The position numbers were made by a program, and so were the translations under genes. This document shows, piece after piece, positions 9,703 to 18,015 of a stretch of 48,713 nucleotides of DNA. The DNA lies in the NCBI GenBank assembly GCA_016290145.1, contig JAEESX010000002.1, positions 1 to 48,713 on the forward strand. The letters are read 5' to 3'. Positions within the stretch are counted from its first letter, which is position 1; each line of letters opens with the position of its first letter. Under the pieces are notes generated by a model. The model was not told where the DNA came from, made no database searches, and saw only the letters and a list, made by a program, of their open reading frames with translations. The stretch comes from Bacillales bacterium (GTDB lineage Bacteria; Bacillota_I; Bacilli_A; RFN20; CAG-826).

Positions 9703-10599
9703 TTATTTTCCGTCGCCTTCGTAACGAGTAACTTCTTTGCCTAAACAATAGACAGCGATGACACCAGGACCACATGTTGTACCAACAATAGGACCAATCC
9801 AAGTAATCTTAGCTTCAATGTTTAATTCGGCCTTGAGTCTTTCTTTAATGAATTCAGCGCGTTCTTGGGCTAAACCTTGGCCAATGAATACTTCCGCACC
9901 TTTTTCTGGTAAATAAGCTTCCTTGAGGCCAGAAATTAATTCTTCTAAAGAATTCTTTGTGCCTTTTGCTTTTTTAATAACAAAGTTATTGCCTAATGCA
10001 TCACTAATGAAGATTGGTTTAACACCCATAATGTTACCAAAGAATGCTTTCGTCCCTTTAATACGTCCAGCGTTCTTTAAGTATGTGAGTGTATCAACTG
10101 TTGCAAAGAAGTTAAAACAAAGTTTGTTTTCTTCAATCCAGTTTGCAACTTCATCAACACTCTTTCCAGCTGCTCTTAATTTGGCAGCTTCAATAGCAAT
10201 TAAACCTTCGCTTGCGCTTGCGTTTAAACTATCAATTGCAATGACCTTACGATCTGGGAATTCTTCCAATAATTGTGGTTTGACTAATGTCTCACATGTG
10301 CTAACAGAACCAGATAGTTTGCTTGAACAAGCAATATAGATAACATCATAGCCTTCTTTTAATGCAGGACGGAAACAATCTAAGAATTCAGGAACAGAGA
10401 CTTGTGTTGTTTTAACATGTTTACCTTCTTTTAACCATCCGTAGAATTCTTCCGGTTTGTAATCAACCCAATCTAAATCGGCACGTTTTTCTACACCATC
10501 AACAACAATACCCATATGAACATATTCTATGTCATATTGTTTGCGGATTTCTGTGCTCAAATCACTACATGAATCTGTGAAAATTTTAAATTTTGCCAT
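9703..10599 (-). CDS. DegV-family fatty-acid-binding protein
   Basis: MAKFKIFTDSCSDL start is typical of DegV. ATG 10599 is preceded by AAGGAG. The listed TTG-initiated extension to 10737 lacks an SD. Confidence 0.85.
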   Translation of the reverse strand: MAKFKIFTDSCSDLSTEIRKQYDIEYVHMGIVVDGVEKRADLDWVDYKPEEFYGWLKEGKHVKTTQVSVPEFLDCFRPALKEGYDVIYIACSSKLSGSVSTCETLVKPQLLEEFPDRKVIAIDSLNASASEGLIAIEAAKLRAAGKSVDEVANWIEENKLCFNFFATVDTLTYLKNAGRIKGTKAFFGNIMGVKPIFISDALGNNFVIKKAKGTKNSLEELISGLKEAYLPEKGAEVFIGQGLAQERAEFIKERLKAELNIEAKITWIGPIVGTTCGPGVIAVYCLGKEVTRYEGDGK

Positions 10600-10709
10600 G
10601 AGTAATACTCCTTTTATGCTCTTATCTTCCTTTAATGGGTGAGATAATGCTATATATTTTATTCCTTTTGTTACACTTGTAAACAAATGTTTATCAATAA
10701 AAAAGATGG

Positions 10710-10850
10710 CTATGCACCATCTATATGTCGATCGCAAATAGGAACGTATTCTTTTTTACGATTTTCATGTTCTCTTTCGTGGAACATATCAATATCTTCG
10801 CCAGTCAATCTTCTGTGACGGCGTTTTCTTCTTTTTTTAATCTCTTCCAT
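10710..10850 (-). CDS. Candidate 46-aa Arg/Lys-rich micro-protein (below the ORF-track cutoff)
   Basis: The ATG at 10850 is 2 nt after the ATP-grasp stop, with AGGA 7 nt upstream. Translation: MEEIKKRRKRRHRRLTGEDIDMFHEREHENRKKEYVPICDRHIDGA. The TAG lies in the loop of a GATGG/CCATC hairpin followed by T6. Coding status is unproven. Confidence 0.3.
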   Translation of the reverse strand: MEEIKKRRKRRHRRLTGEDIDMFHEREHENRKKEYVPICDRHIDGA

Positions 10851-10852
10851 GA

Positions 10853-12049
10853 CTATATCCTAGCCTCAGCAAAGTCTCTGAACTCTTCCACTTCTTCCAT
10901 GGTCTTAAATTTAGCCATAAAGAATCTATCACCCATCGCTCCAGAGAAAACAGGAGCGTATCTACCATGGTGACAAATTTGATTCTTATATTTTTCTAGC
11001 AATTCTTCATCACTATGCAAATATGAGAATTCATCTCTTCGAGATGCTACTGGAGCATAGTAATGTTCAAAGTCATCTTTTTGTCTATTTTCATCAAACG
11101 CCATGACGTCTGCGTAAATTTGATAAACATTATTTGAATTCGCGAAATTGATTAGGTCTGGAGTATATCCGCCAGCTGGTCTCATATTGGTTTCTAAAGG
11201 TACAATATCACCAATTTCGCCTAATCCTTTTGCTGGTTTTGTTAGTCTAAAGAACTCTAAGTGGAAGAATCTTTGTCTAACACCAAATGCTTTAATGACT
11301 TTTCTACCAATTTCCTCTAAATCTTTTGGAGGAGTTGGATAAGAGAAGTAAAAAAGATCCTTTTTCTCATGGACCATATCAGCAATTGATGGAGGAAAGA
11401 AGTTAGATGCACAGAAAACTACTTCAGATTTTGAGTTACAAATTCCATCAAAAGAAATGATGTTTCCTGATACGAATTGTTCACAGATATATGGCACATT
11501 TTTGTTATAAGTTGCGAAAAAATAGTCAATATCTGCGGGTTTTTCAATCTTATAAGTACCTTCAGCGCCCACTCCATGATCAGGCTTAATAAATACTGGA
11601 TAATCTACTTCTTGGATAAATTTTTCAAGACTTTCTCTATCGGAAATTAAGATGTATTTAGCTACTTTCGCACCTGCCTTGAGATATCCGATTTTCATCA
11701 AAGATTTATGGTTATAGAAGTCAATTTCATCTCCCATAGGGCCTGTTGTAATACCGAACAGCTCTCTTAGCTTAGCGTCTTTATCTAACCAATACTCATT
11801 GTTACTTTCTAAGTAATCAATGTGACCATACTTATCTTCGAAGTATTTAACAGCTCTAACTTCGTTTTCGAAGTTATCCATGTTATAACAGACATAATAT
11901 TCGGTTAAAGCATTCTTAAGTTCTGGTCTTAAATTTTCGTATGGATCATCACCAATTCCAAGCACTCTAAAACCATTCTTTTTTAAAGCAACAACAAAAC
12001 GGTAAAAAGAGTCCGGAAAATGTGGTGATATGAAAATAAAATTTTTCAT
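10853..12049 (-). CDS. ATP-grasp domain carboxylate-amine ligase of unknown substrate
   Basis: ATP-grasp hallmarks: FIKPDHGVGAEGTYKI, EQFVSGNIISFDG, FHLEFFR, PLETNMRPAGG. ATG 12049 (MKNFIFISPHFP) lies 1 nt after the FGGY stop. Confidence 0.7.
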   Translation of the reverse strand: MKNFIFISPHFPDSFYRFVVALKKNGFRVLGIGDDPYENLRPELKNALTEYYVCYNMDNFENEVRAVKYFEDKYGHIDYLESNNEYWLDKDAKLRELFGITTGPMGDEIDFYNHKSLMKIGYLKAGAKVAKYILISDRESLEKFIQEVDYPVFIKPDHGVGAEGTYKIEKPADIDYFFATYNKNVPYICEQFVSGNIISFDGICNSKSEVVFCASNFFPPSIADMVHEKKDLFYFSYPTPPKDLEEIGRKVIKAFGVRQRFFHLEFFRLTKPAKGLGEIGDIVPLETNMRPAGGYTPDLINFANSNNVYQIYADVMAFDENRQKDDFEHYYAPVASRRDEFSYLHSDEELLEKYKNQICHHGRYAPVFSGAMGDRFFMAKFKTMEEVEEFRDFAEARI

Positions 12050-12050
12050 A

Positions 12051-13607
12051 TTAGAATTCTTTCTTATCGTATTTCTTGATGTCTTTATAGACATCTTTTA
12101 ATTGTGGGAACATCTTAATATAAACTTTTTTATAAAGATAGTTATATTGTCTGTGTGCAGTTTCATTTGGTTGGAATGTAGAAGTGATTCTAGTCATTTT
12201 CTTCATAGCTTCATCAATAGATGAAAATTCGCCAGCTGCAACGAATGTTGAAATAGCAGCGCCTAAAGATGTTGTTTCAAAAGTTTGAACTCTAGATACT
12301 GGTAATCCAAAAATATCAGATGTAATTTGGCAAATAGCATCACTTTGTGATCCACCACCGGAAATCATTAATCTTTTAACTTTGTGTTTTTGAGATCTTT
12401 CAATGCCTTCGAGACCTTCTCTTAATGCATATGCAATACCTTCGATAATAGCGCGGTATAAATGCTCTTTTGTATGAACATCTGAGAATCCGATAACAGC
12501 ACCTTTAGCTAGTGGTCTAGAAAGGCCTGGGCCCCAATATGGTTGTAGGACAAGTCCATCACTTCCTGGAGGAATCATTGATAGTCTTTCGTTTAGCAAT
12601 TCTTCAACAGCCATCGCTTGAATTTTTGCTTCGCTAACTAACTCAGGAGCAAACTCTCTACTGAACCAGGTTAACATCCAATATCCACGATAGATTTGAA
12701 CATCCATGTTATACCAACCAGGAACAGCAGCAGGATATGCTGGTAAGAACTTTTCTGGTTCGTGATATTTTTGATTGGAGACTTCAATTGTAGAAGCAGT
12801 ACCATAGGAAATAGCACCTATATCTTTAGATAAGGCACCAAGACCAACAGTCTCACAAGCTTTATCTGATCCTGTTGCATACACTTTAATACCACGTGGA
12901 AGTCCGCACGCATCAGCGATATCATCTTTAATTAAACCTAATACTTCACCAGGTTGCTTGAGTTCAGGAAGCATTCTATTTGGAACACCAAAAATTCTGC
13001 CCTTCATAGCGCCTTCTTTGTACCAAACTCTCTTCTTAAAATAAATAGGATAGTGACCAGTCACTGAAGCTGCACTATCAACTAAATTACCAGTTAATAA
13101 GTAAGTTAAATATGTTGAGATGTTTACGTACTTGTAAGTCTTGTTCCAAGTCTCTGGTTCATTTTCTTTTAACCAGTGTGCAATTGTTCTTTTTCTATTA
13201 AGTTCAATCGCGTTTTTCATGCCAACTAATTTAAATAAGAAACGATGAATTAAAGGAAGTTTTTCCTTAGCTTCAGCCATTCTTTGATCTAACCATAAAA
13301 CGCAAGGTCTAATTGGATTAAGATCTTTATCTAATTGAACAGATGTATCTCTAAAAGTTGTTATGGTACATCCGATAATGTTTTGAAGTAAGTTTTTAGC
13401 TTTTCCAGTTAATTCTTTAAGACACTTTAACGCAAGGCTCCAATAGAAGTTTGGATCTTGTTCGGCATAACCTTTTTCTTTAGAAAAATATGCTGGTTCA
13501 TAATGCGCTTTGACGATTTCTTTAATTTCACCAGTGTTATCAATCAAAGCGGTTCTAAGGGACTGTGTCCCAAAATCTAATGTCAATACTAATGGATTAC
13601 TTTTCAT
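12051..13607 (-). CDS. FGGY-family carbohydrate kinase (xylulokinase/glycerol-kinase-like)
   Basis: LTLDFGTQSLR N-terminal motif, GSDKACETVGLG, ISGGGSQSD. ATG 13607 is preferred (GGTGG about 10 nt upstream) over GTG 13619. Confidence 0.8.
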   Translation of the reverse strand: MKSNPLVLTLDFGTQSLRTALIDNTGEIKEIVKAHYEPAYFSKEKGYAEQDPNFYWSLALKCLKELTGKAKNLLQNIIGCTITTFRDTSVQLDKDLNPIRPCVLWLDQRMAEAKEKLPLIHRFLFKLVGMKNAIELNRKRTIAHWLKENEPETWNKTYKYVNISTYLTYLLTGNLVDSAASVTGHYPIYFKKRVWYKEGAMKGRIFGVPNRMLPELKQPGEVLGLIKDDIADACGLPRGIKVYATGSDKACETVGLGALSKDIGAISYGTASTIEVSNQKYHEPEKFLPAYPAAVPGWYNMDVQIYRGYWMLTWFSREFAPELVSEAKIQAMAVEELLNERLSMIPPGSDGLVLQPYWGPGLSRPLAKGAVIGFSDVHTKEHLYRAIIEGIAYALREGLEGIERSQKHKVKRLMISGGGSQSDAICQITSDIFGLPVSRVQTFETTSLGAAISTFVAAGEFSSIDEAMKKMTRITSTFQPNETAHRQYNYLYKKVYIKMFPQLKDVYKDIKKYDKKEF

Positions 13608-13749
13608 ATTCGCTACCACCGTTTATATATTACAACATTTCATTTTTTTGTGAAAAATATAACAAATTGCCTTTCACGTGTGATACGATATTTACGCTGG
13701 TGTAGGCGTTAATAGGCGCCAAACACATAATGCCTTTAGGAGGAAAAAT

Positions 13750-16398
13750 ATGGCTGAACAAAAAAGATACGTTTACCCCTTTGATGAAGCCTATGGCTTA
13801 GGTAAAGAAATCTTAGGTGGTAAAGGTGCTGGCTTAGCGGAAATGACACATATCGGTGTCCCAGTTCCAGAAGGTTTTACAATCTCAACAGAAGCTTGCA
13901 CACTCTATTATCAAAGTGGAAAAGTCATCCCAGAATTTGTCCAAAAACAAATTTTTGACGCAATCGCACGCGTTGAAAAGCAAACAGGCAAAACATTCGG
14001 TGGTGAACACAATCCATTATTAGTCTCCGTCCGTTCTGGTGCACGCGTTAGTATGCCAGGTATGATGGATACAATCTTAAACTTAGGTTTAAACGAAGTT
14101 ACTGCTGCTGCTTTAGCAAAAGAAACAGGTAACGAAAGATTCGCAATGGACTCTTATCGTCGTTTCATCCTTATGTTCACAAACATCGCCAAAGGTCATC
14201 CAAGAGATGCTATGGACAAGATGCTTGAAAAAATTAAAGAAGATAACGGTTACAAACTCGATACAGAAGTTACAGTCGATCAATTAAAAGATTTAGTTAA
14301 ACGTTATAAGGAATACTACAAGAACACCTTTGGTGAAGAATTCCCAACTGATCCAAAAGTTCAATTAATGGAAGCCGTTGCCGCAGTCTTTAGAAGCTGG
14401 GACAACCCACGTGCTAACATTTATCGTATGCAATATTCCATTCCATATGAATGGGGTACCGCAGTTAACGTTCAATCCATGGCCTTTGGTAACAAAGGTG
14501 AAACATCTGGTACAGGTGTTGCGTTCTCACGTAACGCTGCTACAGGTGAAAAAGTCATCTCTGCTGAATATTTACCAAACGCACAAGGTGAAGACGTCGT
14601 CGCAGGTATTCGTACACCATTACACATTGATGAATTAAAGAGAAGAATGCCTGATGTTTATGACCAATTCGTCAAAACAATCAAAAACATGGAACTCCAC
14701 TATCGTGATATGCAAGATATGGAATTCACAGTTGAAGAAGGAAAACTCTACTTCTTACAAACAAGAAGTGGTAAGAGAACTCCAGCCGCTGCCTTAAAGA
14801 TGGCTTGCGACATGGTCGATGAAGGATTAATTACTAAAGAAGAAGCCGTTTTAAGAATTGATCCAGTCTCCTTCGATAAATTATTATTACCAAACTTTGA
14901 CAAAGACGATTTAGCTTCAGCTAAAGATCGCTTAATTGCTCAAGGTAACCCAGCCGGTCCAGGTGCTGGCACAGGTAAATTAGCCTTCACAGCAGAAGAT
15001 GCTGAAAGAAGACACAAAGCTGGTGAAAAGGTTGTCTTAGTCCGTGCTGAAACATCTCCAGAAGACTTAATCGGTATGATTGCTTCCGAAGGTATTCTCA
15101 CAATGCGCGGTGGTATGACATCACACGCAGCCGTCGTTGCTCGTGGTATGGGTAAATGCTGTATTACAGGTTGCGCAGCCGCATTAATCGACGAAGAAAA
15201 AGAAACATTAACAATTAACGGTAAAGTCTATGGCGTTAATGATACATTATCCTTAGACGGTTCTACCGGCAACGTTTACGTTGGCGACATTAAGAAAGTT
15301 GCGCCAGACCTCTCCTCTGGTAACTTCGGTCGTTTAATGGGTTGGGTTGACGAAGCTCGTGAACTCAAAGTCCGTGCAAACGCTGACACACCAAGAGATG
15401 CTCACCAAGCAAAAATCTTCGGTGCACAAGGTATTGGCTTATGCCGTACAGAACATATGTTCTTCGATAAAGACAAGATCTTCCACTTCAGAAAGATGAT
15501 CTTAGCTGACACAGTCGAAGAAAGAAAAGCTGCTTTAGCAGAAATCGAACCTCTTCAACAAAAAGACTTCGAAGGTTTATTTGAAGAAATGGGTGAACTC
15601 AATGTTAACATCCGTTTATTAGACCCACCACTACACGAATTCTTACCACAAGAAGAAGATAAAATTGAAGAACTTAGCAAAGCTACTGGTCACCCAGTCG
15701 CATACATCCACAAGAGAATTGAAGACTTACACGAATTCAACCCAATGATGGGTCACCGTGGATGCCGTTTAGACGTCTCTTATCCAGAAATCGGTGAAAT
15801 GCAAACACGCGCTATCATTAAAGCTGCTATTGCAGTTAATGCTAGAAAAGGTTTACACATCGAACCAGAAATCATGATTCCTCTCACATTAGAAGTGAAA
15901 GAATTAAGATACGTCAAAGCAATCGTCTGCAAGACAGCTGACGAAGTCATCAAAGAAGCAGGCGTCAATCTCAAATACCACATCGGTACAATGATTGAAA
16001 TCCCACGTGCAGCATTATTATCAGATGAAATCGCTCAAGAAGCAGAATTCTTCTCATTTGGTACAAATGACTTAACACAAATGACATTTGGTTTCTCACG
16101 TGACGATGCTAGCAAATTCTTACCAGACTACTACAAGAACAAGATCTTAGAAGAAGATCCATTCAAGACACTCGATCAAAAGGGCGTTGGCAAACTTGTT
16201 AAGATGTCTGTTGAACAAGGCCGTGCAACAAGACCAGACTTACACGTCGGTGTTTGTGGTGAAACTGGTGGTGAACCAAACTCCATCGAATTCTACCACA
16301 AAGCTGGCTTAGACTATGTCTCCTGTTCACCATTCCGTGTTCCAGTTGCTAGATTAGCCGCTGCTCAAGCTGCAATTAGATTCCCAAGAAAGAAATAA
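13750..16398 (+). CDS. ppdK: Pyruvate, phosphate dikinase
   Basis: 882 aa. Phosphohistidine loop GGMTSHAAVVARGMGK, then GLCRTEHMFF and FFSFGTNDLTQMT. AGGAGG SD before the ATG. Confidence 0.97.
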   Translation: MAEQKRYVYPFDEAYGLGKEILGGKGAGLAEMTHIGVPVPEGFTISTEACTLYYQSGKVIPEFVQKQIFDAIARVEKQTGKTFGGEHNPLLVSVRSGARVSMPGMMDTILNLGLNEVTAAALAKETGNERFAMDSYRRFILMFTNIAKGHPRDAMDKMLEKIKEDNGYKLDTEVTVDQLKDLVKRYKEYYKNTFGEEFPTDPKVQLMEAVAAVFRSWDNPRANIYRMQYSIPYEWGTAVNVQSMAFGNKGETSGTGVAFSRNAATGEKVISAEYLPNAQGEDVVAGIRTPLHIDELKRRMPDVYDQFVKTIKNMELHYRDMQDMEFTVEEGKLYFLQTRSGKRTPAAALKMACDMVDEGLITKEEAVLRIDPVSFDKLLLPNFDKDDLASAKDRLIAQGNPAGPGAGTGKLAFTAEDAERRHKAGEKVVLVRAETSPEDLIGMIASEGILTMRGGMTSHAAVVARGMGKCCITGCAAALIDEEKETLTINGKVYGVNDTLSLDGSTGNVYVGDIKKVAPDLSSGNFGRLMGWVDEARELKVRANADTPRDAHQAKIFGAQGIGLCRTEHMFFDKDKIFHFRKMILADTVEERKAALAEIEPLQQKDFEGLFEEMGELNVNIRLLDPPLHEFLPQEEDKIEELSKATGHPVAYIHKRIEDLHEFNPMMGHRGCRLDVSYPEIGEMQTRAIIKAAIAVNARKGLHIEPEIMIPLTLEVKELRYVKAIVCKTADEVIKEAGVNLKYHIGTMIEIPRAALLSDEIAQEAEFFSFGTNDLTQMTFGFSRDDASKFLPDYYKNKILEEDPFKTLDQKGVGKLVKMSVEQGRATRPDLHVGVCGETGGEPNSIEFYHKAGLDYVSCSPFRVPVARLAAAQAAIRFPRKK

Positions 16399-16418
16399 TT
16401 GCTATCTTAGCTAATAAG

Positions 16419-16447
16419 ACCCCTGGTTTCGACCGGGGGTTTTCTTT
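16419..16447 (+). terminator. Intrinsic terminator of ppdK
   Basis: ACCCCTGGT-TTCG-ACCGGGGGT GC-rich hairpin followed by TTTTCTTT. Confidence 0.8.
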
Positions 16448-16480
16448 ATGTTTAAAATCAATCAAAATGAATTCAAGCCA

Positions 16481-16505
16481 AAAGAAAAATAGGCATAGCC
16501 TATTT
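16481..16505 (-). terminator. Intrinsic terminator of the minus-strand nucleotidyltransferase operon
   Basis: AAATAGGC-ATA-GCCTATTT hairpin. On the minus strand it is followed by TTTTTCTTTT. Confidence 0.6.
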
Positions 16506-16534
16506 CCTTTGATTTATTACCTGATTTAAAGGTA

Positions 16535-17440
16535 TTAATAGAGACCTTTCTTATATAGACCTTTATCTGTTAATTCTTTAAGTGCTTTAACCACCGATGG
16601 TTTGTCTTCACGATAAGTCACACCGTACCAAACTGATGGAGTACCAATAAGCTTTAATGAGGCTTTACCTTCGCCCACTAAACGTGATACTTCTTCAGGA
16701 ATCAAAAACTCAGATTTAAGATTTTGGATGTTTTCCTTCAAAAAGATTGGAAATCTTTCTTGAAGTTTTTGAATTATATCTCTTGAAAACGCAAATAAGT
16801 TCATTGAAACGAGTTGTCCAGGTGCACAAACGAATTTTGGTTCTTTCTCATCGAGTGGTTCCGCTTGAATGGCTCCCTTTTCGTCTTTATAGACACTAGA
16901 TTCGATCATTTTTGTGAGGAAGTGATTTTCATCGTAGAAACAAACTCCGCGCTTCACAGAGCCGTTTTCGGCCAATGTATTAGCAACATCGAACGCAATG
17001 TTAGCGTACTTTCCATCACTATCCTTTGAAAGACTTCTTAAATACTTGGCTGCGACTTCATAAGTTTCTTGTCCATAGTAATCATCGCCGTTGATAATGA
17101 TGAAATTATCTCTAATTAAGTTCCTTGCTGCTAAGATGGCATGTGCAGTACCCCAAGGTTTAACTCTATCTTCAGGGCATTTGAAGCCTTCTGGAAGATC
17201 GGTTAGTTCTTGGAAAGCGTATTCCGTCTTAATTAATGGTTCAACACGTTTGCCAATTGTTTCTCTAAAAATTTCTAAGTGTTCTCTTTTGATGATAAAG
17301 ATGACACTATCAAAACCAGCGCGAATCGCATCATGGATTGAGTAGTCCAAAATGAAGTTTCCATAGTCATCCATAGGTTCCATTTGTTTGAGTCCGCCAA
17401 ACCTTGAACCCATACCTGCTGCTAAAATAACTAATTGCAT
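16535..17440 (-). CDS. Sugar-phosphate nucleotidyltransferase (NTP_transferase fold), specificity unknown
   Basis: MQLVILAAGMGSRFGGLKQ glycine-rich NTP-binding loop, KPWGTAHA and INGDDYY motifs. 301 aa with no LbH domain. AAGGAGC SD. Confidence 0.7.
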   Translation of the reverse strand: MQLVILAAGMGSRFGGLKQMEPMDDYGNFILDYSIHDAIRAGFDSVIFIIKREHLEIFRETIGKRVEPLIKTEYAFQELTDLPEGFKCPEDRVKPWGTAHAILAARNLIRDNFIIINGDDYYGQETYEVAAKYLRSLSKDSDGKYANIAFDVANTLAENGSVKRGVCFYDENHFLTKMIESSVYKDEKGAIQAEPLDEKEPKFVCAPGQLVSMNLFAFSRDIIQKLQERFPIFLKENIQNLKSEFLIPEEVSRLVGEGKASLKLIGTPSVWYGVTYREDKPSVVKALKELTDKGLYKKGLY

Positions 17441-17462
17441 AATTCAAGCTCCTTTTTTCAAA

Positions 17463-17993
17463 TTATTTTAGTGATTCCTTATATTTAAATATAAGGCATA
17501 TCGTTTTTGCATCCCTAATTTCGTTTTTCAAAATCATGTTTGAAATCTCATCTAAAGTGAAATAATAAACATCTAAATCCTCATCTGGATCAAGATGCAT
17601 TTCTGTCTTAGTGACATTCTCAGCTTTATATAAATAAATAATTTCATTCGTGTAACCACAAGATGGATACATACAGCCTAGAGAAACAAGTTTCTCGGCT
17701 TTTAAACCTACCTCTTCTTCCAATTCACGAATACCAGCTTCATAAGAATCTTCACCTTTTTCCAATTTTCCTGCTGGTAGTTCGTACATTTCTTCTCCGT
17801 AGGAGTATCTAAATTGTTTTACCATTGGAATTTTGCCATCAACCATAGCCAAAATGCATACACCGCCATGATGATGAACTACTTCTCTCTTGGTCTTTAC
17901 GCCTTTACTAGTTAAAACATCATCGCAATTAAGGCGAAGGATTCTACCATCGTAAATAACGTTACTTTTTATTGTTTTTTCTTCTTTTTTCAT
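17463..17993 (-). CDS. nudF: ADP-ribose pyrophosphatase-type NUDIX hydrolase
   Basis: Nudix box GKLEKGEDSYEAGIRELEEEVGL. Colinear with B. subtilis NudF, including MVKQFR and ELPAGKLEKGE. Start taken at ATG 17993 (MKKEEKTI). Confidence 0.8.
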   Translation of the reverse strand: MKKEEKTIKSNVIYDGRILRLNCDDVLTSKGVKTKREVVHHHGGVCILAMVDGKIPMVKQFRYSYGEEMYELPAGKLEKGEDSYEAGIRELEEEVGLKAEKLVSLGCMYPSCGYTNEIIYLYKAENVTKTEMHLDPDEDLDVYYFTLDEISNMILKNEIRDAKTICLIFKYKESLK

Positions 17994-18015
17994 CAAAAAC
18001 CCCAGCAAATTCCAA

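Noticed and set aside
10600-10737. TTG-initiated 46-codon extension of degV
   Set aside because: The canonical DegV N-terminus (MAKFKIFTDS) begins at ATG 10599 with AAGGAG upstream. The extension crosses a terminator-like hairpin and the promoter-like region.
10710-10850. Micro-ORF as a graspetide/microviridin-type RiPP precursor
   Set aside because: The sequence is dominated by Arg, Lys, Glu and His. It lacks the Thr/Ser-x-Lys-x-Pro-Ser-Asp-type core motifs and repeated cores I associate with graspetides. It is kept only as an uncharacterised candidate partner of the ATP-grasp.
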